From Sphingomonadales bacterium (GTDB lineage: Bacteria > Pseudomonadota > Alphaproteobacteria > Sphingomonadales > Sphingomonadaceae), in NCBI GenBank assembly GCA_016720115.1, contig JADJXT010000001.1, positions 330,806-394,805 on the forward strand: a stretch of 64,000 nt of DNA, given 5' to 3'. Below are positions 1-9,293 of this stretch, in pieces. Below the pieces are notes generated by a model. The model had not been told where the DNA came from. It ran no database searches and saw nothing but the letters and a program-made list of their open reading frames with translations. Each line of letters starts with the position of its first letter. Position 1 is the first letter of the stretch. A program made the position numbers and the translations under genes.

Positions 1-1340
1 TCGACGCCTATTTCGCCATATTCTGGGCTGGTGCGGTCATCGTCCCGCTCAACACCCGGCTTAGTGTTCCCGAACTGCAGTTCCAGTTGCGCGATGTGGG
101 TGCTAAGGCTCTGCTGGTCGGCGACGGTTTCGAAGAGCAGGCGCAAGCGCTTGCCGCCGAATGTCCGAACCTGTTGGTGGAACAGTTGGACGAAGCGGGG
201 GGCAGCCTGCGCCATCGCGCGGCCCTGCTGGCGCCGCTGGAAGATGCGGGCCGTTCCGACGGCGATCTTGCGGGGGTTTTTTACACAGGCGGCACGACCG
301 GCTTACCCAAGGGCGTCATGTTGACCCATCGCAATCTTGTGTCGGTGGCGAACAACCTGATCATGATGATCCACTTCGATCCGCTATGCGTGAACCTGCA
401 TTGCGCGCCGATGTTCCATCTCGCCGATATCGGACTATTCTCTGTAACGATGACCGGCGGCACGCATGTGTTTGCGCAGCGGATCGATCCCGCCACCATC
501 CTTGATCTTACCACGCGCCACCGTGCGACCCATGTGTTTACGGTTCCGGCGGTCATCGACGCGCTGACCCATGCGGACCTTGCCGCCCACGACCTGTCCT
601 CGCTCAAAATGCTGGGCTATGGGGGATCGCCGATGCCGGCCGCCACGATTGCGCGCGCGCAGGAGCGACTGCCGGGTGTGGCATTCATTCAGGGTTTCGG
701 GATGACCGAGATGCCCTCGCTTACCTTTTTGCTGCCTGAGCATCACTGCATCGAAACCGGCCTTTCCAAGCTGCGAACGGCGGGCATCCCTGGCTACGGA
801 TTCGAAGTCAAAATAGTCGACGCGGAGGGGAATGAAGTACCGCGCGGACAGGTCGGCGAGATCGTCGGTCGCGGGCCCTGCGTGATGGCGGGCTATTGGA
901 ACCGTCCTGAAGAAACCGCTTCGGCTTTGCGGGACGGCTGGATGCATTCGCAGGATGCCGGTTTCATGGATGAAGACGGGTTCATCACGATCACCGACCG
1001 GCTGAAGGACATGATCGTTTCCGGGGCCGAAAATATCTATTCGATCGAAGTCGAAAATGCGCTGAGCCTTCACCAGCAGGTACGCGAATGTGCGGTTATC
1101 GGTCTGCCGGACGAACGCTGGGGAGAGCGTGTGCACGCAATCGTCGTTCCGATGGAGGGCATGCAGCCGGACCCCGCAGATTTGCTGGCGCACCTCCAAC
1201 AGCGCCTGGCGCGCTATAAATGCCCAAAGACCTGGGAGTTGCGCAGCGAGCCGTTACCACGCAGCCCGATCGGCAAGGTGCTGAAAGCCGAATTGCGCGC
1301 TCACTACAACACGTTGCAAGGTGCCGTTAGCGACGTGTAA
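1..1340 (+). CDS. AMP-dependent acyl-CoA synthetase/ligase; 5-prime end lies outside the window
   Basis: Frame 3 is open from base 3 (DAYFAIFWAGAVIVPLNTRL...), upstream of the listed ORF start at 87. AMP-binding motif FYTGGTTGLPKGVMLTH is present, with downstream GFGMTE, DGWMHSQDAGFMDEDGFITITDRLKDMI and PRSPIGKVLK. Confidence 0.9.
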   Translation, partial: DAYFAIFWAGAVIVPLNTRLSVPELQFQLRDVGAKALLVGDGFEEQAQALAAECPNLLVEQLDEAGGSLRHRAALLAPLEDAGRSDGDLAGVFYTGGTTGLPKGVMLTHRNLVSVANNLIMMIHFDPLCVNLHCAPMFHLADIGLFSVTMTGGTHVFAQRIDPATILDLTTRHRATHVFTVPAVIDALTHADLAAHDLSSLKMLGYGGSPMPAATIARAQERLPGVAFIQGFGMTEMPSLTFLLPEHHCIETGLSKLRTAGIPGYGFEVKIVDAEGNEVPRGQVGEIVGRGPCVMAGYWNRPEETASALRDGWMHSQDAGFMDEDGFITITDRLKDMIVSGAENIYSIEVENALSLHQQVRECAVIGLPDERWGERVHAIVVPMEGMQPDPADLLAHLQQRLARYKCPKTWELRSEPLPRSPIGKVLKAELRAHYNTLQGAVSDV

Positions 1341-1370
1341 GCTGCTGCTGACCGGTCAATCAACGGGCCG

Positions 1371-1826
1371 TTATCCGGCCTGGTTAGCTGCTTCCGCTTC
1401 AAAGTCGATCGGATCGCCCCAGTCGAGCGCGCATGCGGCGATCATTCCGGCCAATTGGGGCTGCCCGATGCGTTCAGCCAGACGCTTGGTCATCATAGTC
1501 ACGGCGGCTTGCGCATCGCGGCGCATTGGTTCGCCAATATCGGTCAAAACGACAATCTTGGTACGCTTGTCGCTCGGATCGGAGGCAAAGCGGATCATGC
1601 CCAGTTCGGCAATCTGGGACAGGGTGATATGCACAGCCTGACGGCTGATTCCCAGGCTACGTGCAATCTCAACCGGTCTGGTCAATCCGATCGTGATGCT
1701 CATCATCACCATCGATTGCGAATGGGTAAGCGTAGGCCAGCCTCGTGTGCGCAGATAGCTCTGCAGGCCGGTATCGAACCAGTAGAAACCTTGGAGAAGG
1801 GAAACGATCAGATAAGCCGATTGCAT
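1371..1826 (-). CDS. MarR-family transcriptional regulator
   Basis: 151 aa. Winged-helix region LTHSQSMVMMSITIGLTRPVEIARSLGISRQAVHITLSQIAELGMI followed by DPSDKRTKIVVLT, which is typical of MarR. Confidence 0.85.
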   Translation of the reverse strand: MQSAYLIVSLLQGFYWFDTGLQSYLRTRGWPTLTHSQSMVMMSITIGLTRPVEIARSLGISRQAVHITLSQIAELGMIRFASDPSDKRTKIVVLTDIGEPMRRDAQAAVTMMTKRLAERIGQPQLAGMIAACALDWGDPIDFEAEAANQAG

Positions 1827-1983
1827 GAAGGGGTTCCAGAAAGCCGGGGCAGGATGCAGGCCAGATTAAATAACAGAGTAACCAAATCGATATCCATTTT
1901 CTACCCCCATCTATGTTGAATTCCATACCGCCTCGGCAGATACTCCCGAGGCGAAGGATGCTGCGGATCGAGTAGAAAGGCCC

Positions 1984-2394
1984 TTAAGGGAATTTGGCGA
2001 GCGCAGCCCGAAGGCCAATGGTTTGGGCCTTGCCCAACTTGGCTTCCATCTCGCTCTCCAGTTCGCGCAGCGTCTGCTGCGCATCCTCGCGGATTTTGGA
2101 GGCACCCGGTGCAAAGCGGACCAGTTGCGCCCTGCGGTCCTTCGGGTCTGGCGCAAATTCAATCAAGCCTGCCTCCGCCATTTCGTTGAGCAGCTGGCTC
2201 ATCGCCTGCCGCGACACACCCATAAATTCGGCAATGCGCGAGGCCCTTGATGCACCATTGGCGATATGGGTGAGCACCAGCGATTGCGACCGCGAAACCG
2301 CACCCCATCCACGGTCCTTCAGGCGAGCGCGCAACTGTTCATCGAACCACATGAAGGCCCGCATCAGATCAAGCATGACAAGATTGCTGTTCAT
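1984..2394 (-). CDS. MarR-family transcriptional regulator (second, tandem copy)
   Basis: The 136-aa C-terminal part of ORF 1984..3009 starts at ATG 2394 (MNSNLVMLDL...). It contains LSRSQSLVLTHIANGASRASRIAEFMGVSRQAMSQLLNEMAEAGLI and DPKDRRAQLV. The longer N-terminal extension overlaps the divergent gene and has no family resemblance. Confidence 0.85.
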   Translation of the reverse strand: MNSNLVMLDLMRAFMWFDEQLRARLKDRGWGAVSRSQSLVLTHIANGASRASRIAEFMGVSRQAMSQLLNEMAEAGLIEFAPDPKDRRAQLVRFAPGASKIREDAQQTLRELESEMEAKLGKAQTIGLRAALAKFP

Positions 2395-2466
2395 CACTCC
2401 TTCCTTGCGCGCTTCGTTGCGTGGCGCAAGCGCGAAGCAACTGATCGATTGGTCACGAGCCAATAA

Positions 2467-2507
2467 TGTAAAGTACATTGACAATAATCGATTTACAACG
2501 CCATTAT
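2467..2507 (+). promoter_or_regulatory. Candidate sigma-70 promoter with overlapping inverted repeat, between the MarR gene and the monooxygenase/P450 genes
   Basis: TTGACA at 2478-2483, then an 18-nt spacer and CATTAT at 2502-2507. It is flanked by the inverted arms TGTAAA (2467-2472) and TTTACA (2492-2497). Sequence pattern only. Confidence 0.35.
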
Positions 2508-2556
2508 GCAGCTTGTGTGTTTCCGGGTGCGCCCGGAATCCGAACTGGAGAGGAAC

Positions 2557-3747
2557 ATGACAATGCAAAGATCGGAACCCGGCACCAACCAAGATCAGCC
2601 ATGGCCCGAATGGGCCGATGCTTTTTCCGAGCGGCTGGCGGCTCGCGCTGTCGAGGCCGAGGCGCACCGCACGCTCCCCGAAGAAACGGTTCAGGAAGCT
2701 CTGGATGCGGGATTTTTCGGGATCCTTGCCCCGGTAGGGGTAGGCGGTCAGGGCAGCAGCTTCAGCGAATTCATGGACGTCGTGCGCCGACTGAGCCGCG
2801 GCTGTGCATCCAGCGGTTGGACACTCTCCTTTCTGGCGCTCCATGCGTGGATGCTTTGCAAATTCGGTGCAGAGGCGCAGGCCGCGTTCTTCCGCGATGG
2901 CAAAATGCCGCTGGCGCCTGCACCACTCGCGCCTACCGGCAAGGCGGTACCTGTCGAGGGTGGCTTCATTGTCTCCGGCCGTTGGGAGTGGGCTACCGGG
3001 ATCAACCATGCCGACTGGGTGTTGGTCAACGGCCTGAATAGCGAAACCATGATGCCCGTTTTCTGCGCCATGCCGGTCGAATCAGTTGAGATTGACGATG
3101 TCTGGTATGTCTCGGGCATGGCAGCAACCGGCAGCCAGGCGGTTATCGTGCGCGACATTTTCGTGCCGGAGCATATGACGCTCGCCGCGCCGATGATGGC
3201 GGCCGGCGCATCTCCGGGTGAGGTGCTGCACCCTGACTCGACGCTTGGCTATCCGCTTCGGGCGGGGCTTGCCTTGGTTGCGGCAACGCCTGCGCTGGGG
3301 GCGGCAGAGGCGGCGCTGGATTACTTCCGCGAACGCATGAAGACAAAGCTGCAAGCCTTTAGTGGCGGTGCACGTCAGGGCGAAATGCAAACTACGCATA
3401 TGCGTCTGGGCGAAGCCATGGCCGATGTCAGCGCTGCCCGGCTGACCTGGGAAGAAGCCTGCCGGGTGATCGAACGAATCGGTCCGCAGGGTTCCGATGC
3501 CGCGATTGAGACGCAGGTATGGCTACGGCTGGCGGCCGCGCAAATCGTGCGCCTTGCCAATTCTGCCGTTAACACGCTCGCAGCAGCGGCAGGGGCGAGT
3601 GCCAGCATGACGAGCGCACCATTGCAGCGACAGTTGCGTGACCTTCAGGTCATGCGCGGTCATGTGATGTTTGATTGGGATCGCACAGCCGTGCTTGCCG
3701 GTAAGGTAGAGCTGGGTTTCCCGACCACGCCCGCCGACCTGTTGTGA
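2557..3747 (+). CDS. Acyl-CoA-dehydrogenase-fold protein; candidate oxygenase component of a two-component flavin monooxygenase
   Basis: ATG at 2557 follows GGAGAGG. The N-terminus (AERLAARAVEAEAHRTLPEETVQEALDAGFFGILAPVGVGGQG) and overall length fit the ACAD fold. A paralog lies at 7396..8547 and a flavin reductase at 13081..13593 in the same locus. Confidence 0.7.
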   Translation: MTMQRSEPGTNQDQPWPEWADAFSERLAARAVEAEAHRTLPEETVQEALDAGFFGILAPVGVGGQGSSFSEFMDVVRRLSRGCASSGWTLSFLALHAWMLCKFGAEAQAAFFRDGKMPLAPAPLAPTGKAVPVEGGFIVSGRWEWATGINHADWVLVNGLNSETMMPVFCAMPVESVEIDDVWYVSGMAATGSQAVIVRDIFVPEHMTLAAPMMAAGASPGEVLHPDSTLGYPLRAGLALVAATPALGAAEAALDYFRERMKTKLQAFSGGARQGEMQTTHMRLGEAMADVSAARLTWEEACRVIERIGPQGSDAAIETQVWLRLAAAQIVRLANSAVNTLAAAAGASASMTSAPLQRQLRDLQVMRGHVMFDWDRTAVLAGKVELGFPTTPADLL

Positions 3748-3761
3748 GGGGAACGGCAGTC

Positions 3762-4985
3762 ATGGAAATCGCACCCGATTTCAGCCTCATCAATCCAGAC
3801 AGCTTTCGCAACGGCCATCCGCACGATGCCTATGACCAGATGCGGTCGGAAGCACCGGTCTGGCGCCACCCCGGATCCGAAAAGCAACCCGCATTTTGGG
3901 CACTGACCCGGTTCGACGATATACGGTCGGTTTCCCTCGATGCGGAAAATTTCACGTCGGCGCTCGGTTTTCGAATCCCGACCGACAGCTTCAGCTCGAT
4001 GGATCCGGAAATCGGCAAGGTTCTGTCACGCTTCATGCTGGCAATGGACAATCCCGAACATAATGATTTTCGTCAAATCGTTGCTTCGGCCTTCATGCCC
4101 TCTGCGCTGGGCAAATTTGAAGCACGGATCCGGACTTCGGTCGAGGCGCTGATCGCCAGCCTGCAAGGACGCGGCGAGGTCGACGTCGTCACCGAGGTCG
4201 CCGCGATCGTTCCTATCAAGACTGTCTGCGCGATCATGGGCGTGCCCGAAGAAGATGAATGGCGGGTTTTCGAATTCACCAATGCCGTATTCGGTGCAGA
4301 CGATCCAGATTACTCGCCGACCCTTGCCGAAGCGAACGAGCGCTATATGGCAATTTTCGACTATGGCTGGGATCTGCTGGAACGCCGTCGTCGCCACCCG
4401 CAGGATGATCTGATGACCCGGGTGGCGCATGCCACGGTTGGCGGGCGTCCGCTGACCGAAATCGAACAGAAGAGCTTCTTTTCCAACATGATTGCCGCCG
4501 GCAACGAAACGACGCGCAGCTCGCTCGGCGGAGCGATCTGGGCATTGGCGAAATATCCCGACCAGAGGCAGTTGCTGGTGAACGATCCGCAGATGATTGC
4601 CCGCTCGCTTACGGAGATACTGCGCTGGTTCAGCCCGGTCTACCAGATGGCCCGGACAGCCAAACGCGACGTCGAGGTCGGGGGCACGTTGGTTCGGCAA
4701 GGCGAGCGTGTCGCCATGCTATATGGCGCGGGAAATCACGACCCCGAAGTCATTGCCGATCCGCATCGCCTCGATCTTCACCGGGAGGGCGCTTCGCGCC
4801 ACCTGACCTTTGGCTATGGCGTGCATCACTGCCTCGGTTCGCGCCTCGCCCTGATGCAGCTGAAGCTTATTCTGGAGGCGTTTCTGGGTGCGTTTCCCGG
4901 CTATGAACTGGCCGGTGAACCCAGCTATATCCGCTCCAATCTGGTGCGCGCGATGAAGGCGATGCCGATCCGGCTGAACGGCTGA
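3762..4985 (+). CDS. Cytochrome P450 monooxygenase
   Basis: Heme-thiolate loop FGYGVHHCLGSRLA, I-helix AAGNETTRSS, K-helix ExxR (TEILRW). ATG 3762 (MEIAPDF) follows GAGGGGAA, whereas the listed ORF start at 3744 is GTG. Confidence 0.95.
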   Translation: MEIAPDFSLINPDSFRNGHPHDAYDQMRSEAPVWRHPGSEKQPAFWALTRFDDIRSVSLDAENFTSALGFRIPTDSFSSMDPEIGKVLSRFMLAMDNPEHNDFRQIVASAFMPSALGKFEARIRTSVEALIASLQGRGEVDVVTEVAAIVPIKTVCAIMGVPEEDEWRVFEFTNAVFGADDPDYSPTLAEANERYMAIFDYGWDLLERRRRHPQDDLMTRVAHATVGGRPLTEIEQKSFFSNMIAAGNETTRSSLGGAIWALAKYPDQRQLLVNDPQMIARSLTEILRWFSPVYQMARTAKRDVEVGGTLVRQGERVAMLYGAGNHDPEVIADPHRLDLHREGASRHLTFGYGVHHCLGSRLALMQLKLILEAFLGAFPGYELAGEPSYIRSNLVRAMKAMPIRLNG

Positions 4986-5004
4986 TTGCCGTCTGCCAAA
5001 ACAG

Positions 5005-5046
5005 CAAAGCGCCCCCGTGCGGTTGCATGGGGGCGCTTTGCTTTTG
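5005..5046. terminator. Bidirectional Rho-independent terminator between the convergent P450 and TonB-receptor genes
   Basis: Perfect 12-bp stem CAAAGCGCCCCC / GGGGGCGCTTTG with a 12-nt loop. It is followed by CTTTT on the plus strand and by a T-rich run on the minus strand. Confidence 0.7.
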
Positions 5047-5096
5047 GGCGATGGAGGTCCGACCCTTGGGAAGGGCCGGCCGCCAGTATCCGGCTA

Positions 5097-7277
5097 TCAG
5101 AATTCCTTGCGGATACCGATGGTGATCGTGCGCGGATCGTTCAGCGCGCCCACCTGTCCCATTCCGATCGGGCTACCGAATGAGAAGGTGCGGTAGACTT
5201 CGTCGGTCAGATTGCCACCGTTGAGGAAGAAGCTGAGCCGCGCCGGTTCATAGGTGAGCTGCAGCCGCGCGCTGACGAGGTCATAGGGGTGGCTCGAATT
5301 GTCGCCCGGTGCCGATGCAGGCTGGTGCAGCATCGAATCCGAATGGACCCATTGGCCAAAGCCCGAAAGGGTGAAGCGATCCGACAATGCGGTGTTGAAG
5401 CGCATCCCCAATGTCGAGGTGAAACGGGGCGCTCGCTGCATCCGCTCGCCATTTTCCAGTTTTGCCTCGGGGTTCCAGGCGAAGTTGCCATAAGCGGTCA
5501 GGACGTCCGAAAGCTTGATCTGGCCTTCGGCTTCCACCCCGCTGCTCTTCGCATCGAGCGAGCGAACCTGGAAGGCGCGCGCGGTCGAATTGTAGAAGCT
5601 GTCCTGGTAATCCTTGATGTCGAGGTGGTAGACCGCGAGCGAAAGGTAAGCGCGACCGTCGAGGAAGCGTCCCTTCACACCGGCTTCATAGGTGGTAACC
5701 CGTTCAACCGGAACCACGAAGGGTGTCGGGTGCTGGACCCCGAGACCGGCCTGGTTGACGAAGCCCGAGCCTTTGTTGCCCTGACCGCCCGAAATGTAGA
5801 TCGTCGACGATTCAGTCGGGTTGTAGCTGAGCGTTCCCGAGAAATCGAAGGTGTCGTCCTTGACGCTCTGCTTGTAAAGCGGCGTGGGGCCGGCAAGCGC
5901 AACCAATCCGAGCGGGCGGCCCAAATCGTCGATCAGCCGCCGCTGGAAATCGGCGTCCTTCTTGTCGCTGGTCAGACGGCCGCCGACGTTCAGCTGCAGA
6001 TTGTCTGCCATGTGCCAAGTCACTTGCCCGAAACCGGCAAAAGTATCTTCCTTTTGGTTGAAGCGCTGGCCCGTAGTGCCATACAGTCCGCCCAGAACCG
6101 GGAAGTTGTCATAGTAGCTGATATAATCGTACTTCGTCGTCGAGTGCAGGTAATAACCCCCGATGATATACTCGATCGGTCGGCCGGTCGGCGAAGTGAG
6201 CCGGATTTCCTGCGTGAACTGGCGGAAATTCTCGTTGAACTGGGAGAACAGCGTCGGTGCCGGGGTCGAATCCGAATCGAAGCCATTGACCATGTCAAAA
6301 CGGGAATAGCCGCTGGTCGCCGTCAGCGTGTGGTCCCCACCCAGATCAAGATTGATTTCCAGCGAGTGGTCCTGGCTCTTCTGATAGTCCATCGGATCGC
6401 CTACTGCGCCCGCGTCTTCGTACTTGACGTAATTTTTCAGCCCGCTGTCGCGGACGCCCAGCGCCTGCAGACCGGCGACATTCTGGTCGGCAACAAATTC
6501 AAAGGCGTTGCCCGTCATGTCGAGGCGGCTGAACTGTACTTTCGCTTTTACCGAAAGGGTGTCCGATGGTTCCCAAGCGGCGATACCGCGGACGACATAG
6601 CGGTCGCCCGAAGCCTCCCTGCGGCCCAAGGTGATATTTTCGACAAATCCGGCCTGATTGTCATATTGGCCCGAAACGCGCAGTTTCAGTGTATCGGTGG
6701 GCACGACATCCAATGCGCCTTCCAGCGTATAGCTGCCGTAAATGCCCTCGACTTGCCCCTGCAGATAACCGCCCGTCTGGCTGCCAGGCCCGCGAGAGAT
6801 GACACTGACGGCGCCGACTGAAGTGTTCTTGCCGAACAGCACGCCCTGGCTGCCTTTGACGACTTCAACCCGTTCGACATCGAACAGGGCGTCTCGATAC
6901 TGGCGGGCGCGGGGATGATATACCCCGTCGACAAACAGGCCGACCGATTGTTCGAACACCTGGCTACCCGCCGAGGTGCCGACGCCACGGACGCTGACGC
7001 CGCTGAGGTTGCCCGGTGATTCGTGCATGGTGAAGCCGGGGACGCTGGCCGAAAGGCTCTTGATTTCAATTACGCCCATGGTGGCAAGCTGGTCACCACT
7101 GAGAACGTTGACCGTCATCGGCGTCTTTTCAAGCCGGGTTTCGCGTTTTTGCGCAGTCACCACGATTTCACCGAGACCTGCCGAATCTTCGGCATCTTGG
7201 GCAAATGCTGCCCCGCTCGACGTAATTGCGATGGCGCATGCGGCCACACCCGTCAGCATGCGTTGAACACTTCTCAT
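5097..7277 (-). CDS. TonB-dependent outer-membrane receptor
   Basis: Signal peptide ending AFAQ, plug region EIVVTAQKRETRLEKTPMTVNVL, long beta-barrel, and a C-terminal aromatic residue (..GIRKEF). Confidence 0.95.
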   Translation of the reverse strand: MRSVQRMLTGVAACAIAITSSGAAFAQDAEDSAGLGEIVVTAQKRETRLEKTPMTVNVLSGDQLATMGVIEIKSLSASVPGFTMHESPGNLSGVSVRGVGTSAGSQVFEQSVGLFVDGVYHPRARQYRDALFDVERVEVVKGSQGVLFGKNTSVGAVSVISRGPGSQTGGYLQGQVEGIYGSYTLEGALDVVPTDTLKLRVSGQYDNQAGFVENITLGRREASGDRYVVRGIAAWEPSDTLSVKAKVQFSRLDMTGNAFEFVADQNVAGLQALGVRDSGLKNYVKYEDAGAVGDPMDYQKSQDHSLEINLDLGGDHTLTATSGYSRFDMVNGFDSDSTPAPTLFSQFNENFRQFTQEIRLTSPTGRPIEYIIGGYYLHSTTKYDYISYYDNFPVLGGLYGTTGQRFNQKEDTFAGFGQVTWHMADNLQLNVGGRLTSDKKDADFQRRLIDDLGRPLGLVALAGPTPLYKQSVKDDTFDFSGTLSYNPTESSTIYISGGQGNKGSGFVNQAGLGVQHPTPFVVPVERVTTYEAGVKGRFLDGRAYLSLAVYHLDIKDYQDSFYNSTARAFQVRSLDAKSSGVEAEGQIKLSDVLTAYGNFAWNPEAKLENGERMQRAPRFTSTLGMRFNTALSDRFTLSGFGQWVHSDSMLHQPASAPGDNSSHPYDLVSARLQLTYEPARLSFFLNGGNLTDEVYRTFSFGSPIGMGQVGALNDPRTITIGIRKEF

Positions 7278-7287
7278 CCTCTTCCTC

Positions 7288-7321
7288 CCTTATTGTGGGT
7301 CGACCCTTATTGTGGGTCGAC
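7288..7321. repeat. Perfect 17-bp tandem duplication (CCTTATTGTGGGTCGAC x2)
   Basis: Read directly: 7288-7304 equals 7305-7321. It abuts the Shine-Dalgarno sequence (GGAGGAAG, reverse complement of 7281-7288) of the TonB receptor gene. Confidence 0.95.
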
Positions 7322-7325
7322 ACAA

Positions 7326-7340
7326 GTCAATCTGATTGAC
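7326..7340. promoter_or_regulatory. Palindrome GTCAAT-CTG-ATTGAC upstream of the TonB receptor gene; candidate operator
   Basis: 6-bp perfect inverted arms with a 3-nt spacer, about 50-60 nt upstream of the receptor start codon. The function is inferred. Confidence 0.3.
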
Positions 7341-7395
7341 AGCATTGCCAATGGACCACTTATCAACGTAATTGTCAACTTTTGCGTTATTGCCG

Positions 7396-8547
7396 TCACA
7401 CCAGCGGGTGGTTGACCGGCAAACCGAGATGGTCGCGACCGGTGACTTCGCAGGTGACATCCCAATCCCAGAATGCATGCGAGCAGACCGTGTTGATATC
7501 GCGCCAGATACGTTGCAGCGGCTGGTCGAGGTGGAAACTGGATGCCCCGGCGGCAGCCATCATCCGGTTGGCGGTTTCGCGGCAATGCTTTGAAGCGAAG
7601 GCGGTTTGCCCCTTGGCTTCGATGCGATCCTGCAAGCTGAAGGGTCGCGACGACAGAATCTCCTCAGTTTGACGATAGACCGACCGCGCCAGTGCGCTTC
7701 CGGCCCGGGTAGCGATCTGCAATTCGCCCAAGGTCACATGCGCATGTTGCTGGTCCTTGATGACCACCCCGCTGAAATTGCGGACCCGCTTTGCCACAAT
7801 CTCTTCATAAGCGTGCAGAGCACCCTTCAGGCTGCCGGTAATAACCGGCAGGATCGTGCAATATGCGGAAATCAGAAAGGGAATCGAGAACAGCGGATTT
7901 GCGTGAATGCGCGAGCCGTCGGTGGCCCCGCCATGGAATTCTGCCGCTGTAATCGCGTGCGAATCCGGCACGAAGACGTTACGTGCGACATAATCGTTGC
8001 TGCCGGTGCCCGCCATGCCTGCAAAATGCCAGGTATCCAGCACTTCCACCGCATCCACCGACATCAGGAACGATCGCGGGCCATCTTCCGACATGCCGCT
8101 CATGAGTACCCAGTCGGCGTGCATCACACCAGATCCCCAGGCTGCACGTCCGCTGACTTCCCAGCCGCCATCGACTTTGCGCGCCTTCATATCGGCCGCC
8201 GATGCCGCCGGCAGGGTAACATAACCGCGGGGCGCGAACAGTTCCTCTTGCACCGCTTCCGGAAACTTGGCGACATAGATGTTGTGACTGATGTAGAATG
8301 CGGTGATCCAGCCGGTCGAGGGGCAAGCCTCGCTGATGATTTCGACCACATCCATCATCGTCGAAAGACTGGCTTCCGATCCGCCCCAGCGCTTGGGAAC
8401 AAAGATCTGCAGCAGCTCTGCTTCGGCCAGTTCGCGTATCGAATCGTCGACCGGGCGGCGCAGTTCCACCGCCTCTATGGCGCGGGCGCGGATAGCAGGG
8501 GCCAGATCGCGGGCGCGCTGGATCAGCTCGGAATCGGTAGCAGGCAT
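7396..8547 (-). CDS. Acyl-CoA-dehydrogenase-fold protein, paralog of 2557..3747; candidate flavin monooxygenase oxygenase component
   Basis: The preferred start is ATG 8547 (MPATDSELIQ...), which has GGAG 6 nt upstream. The ORF is open to 8577. It shares architecture with the 2557 gene (..ELLQIFVPKRWGGSEASL.. versus ..FFGILAPVGVGGQGSSF..). Confidence 0.7.
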   Translation of the reverse strand: MPATDSELIQRARDLAPAIRARAIEAVELRRPVDDSIRELAEAELLQIFVPKRWGGSEASLSTMMDVVEIISEACPSTGWITAFYISHNIYVAKFPEAVQEELFAPRGYVTLPAASAADMKARKVDGGWEVSGRAAWGSGVMHADWVLMSGMSEDGPRSFLMSVDAVEVLDTWHFAGMAGTGSNDYVARNVFVPDSHAITAAEFHGGATDGSRIHANPLFSIPFLISAYCTILPVITGSLKGALHAYEEIVAKRVRNFSGVVIKDQQHAHVTLGELQIATRAGSALARSVYRQTEEILSSRPFSLQDRIEAKGQTAFASKHCRETANRMMAAAGASSFHLDQPLQRIWRDINTVCSHAFWDWDVTCEVTGRDHLGLPVNHPLV

Positions 8548-8633
8548 TGTCAACTCCATTGATATTTTTCCTGACATGACAATAAAATATCCATTTGTCT
8601 AATAATTCTTTCAGGAATGTGTTATCGGGGGTT

Positions 8634-9290
8634 ATGACCACAGAGACAGTTAAACGCAGACCAGGCCGGCCATCACAATCCGAACAGTCCCCCGTCGATG
8701 ACGAAGCCTGCCTTGACCGAGCGCTCGAGGCCTTTGCCGAGAGGGGTTACGAAGGCGCTTCGCTCCGCGAGATAGCAACCGCCTGTGGCATAAGCCATGG
8801 TCTGCTCAATGCCAGGTTCGGATCCAAACAGGGGCTTTGGACGGCCGCGGTCGAACAGGGCATGGACCGCCTGCACCACCGCATGGTGACATTGCAGACG
8901 CGCCTTCCGAAATCGGCCGGACTGGATCAACGGCTTCACGCCGCCTGCGTCGATTTCCTTGAAACGCTCGCTGCCTATCCGGCGATTATCCAGCTGATGA
9001 ATATCGAAGGTTCGCGCAACAGCGCCCGGCTGGATTACATCGTGGAAACCTTTTTCCGTAACCGCGAATGGCCCGTTGCGTCGCTGTTGGAAGAAGGGCG
9101 CGACAGCGGCCTGTTCAGGCCCGTGCATATCGCCGTACCCTTCACCTTGTTGGCGCATGGGGCGGGTGCCCTGGTCGCTTTGCGGCCGCTCGTCGAAGCA
9201 GTGGACGAGCGGCTTAGCAACGAACCAGAGGCGCAGTCGCGACTGATTACCAGCGCCGCAGATCTGATCGTACGCGGCCTCAGGGCCTGA
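8634..9290 (+). CDS. TetR-family transcriptional regulator
   Basis: N-terminal HTH region ALEAFAERGYEGASLREIATACGISHGLLNARFGSKQGLW. ATG at 8634 follows GGGGG. It is divergent from the monooxygenase paralog. Confidence 0.85.
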   Translation: MTTETVKRRPGRPSQSEQSPVDDEACLDRALEAFAERGYEGASLREIATACGISHGLLNARFGSKQGLWTAAVEQGMDRLHHRMVTLQTRLPKSAGLDQRLHAACVDFLETLAAYPAIIQLMNIEGSRNSARLDYIVETFFRNREWPVASLLEEGRDSGLFRPVHIAVPFTLLAHGAGALVALRPLVEAVDERLSNEPEAQSRLITSAADLIVRGLRA

Positions 9291-9293
9291 CGG

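Noticed and set aside
1984-3009. 341-aa version of the second MarR ORF
   Set aside because: Only the last 136 aa resemble MarR. The extension overlaps the divergent monooxygenase gene and its promoter region.
8545-8556. GTTGACAAT (minus strand) as a promoter -35 element, similar to those at 2478 and 9817
   Set aside because: It coincides with the RBS and start-codon region (GGAGTTGACAATG) of the monooxygenase paralog itself, so it is more simply explained as translation-initiation sequence.
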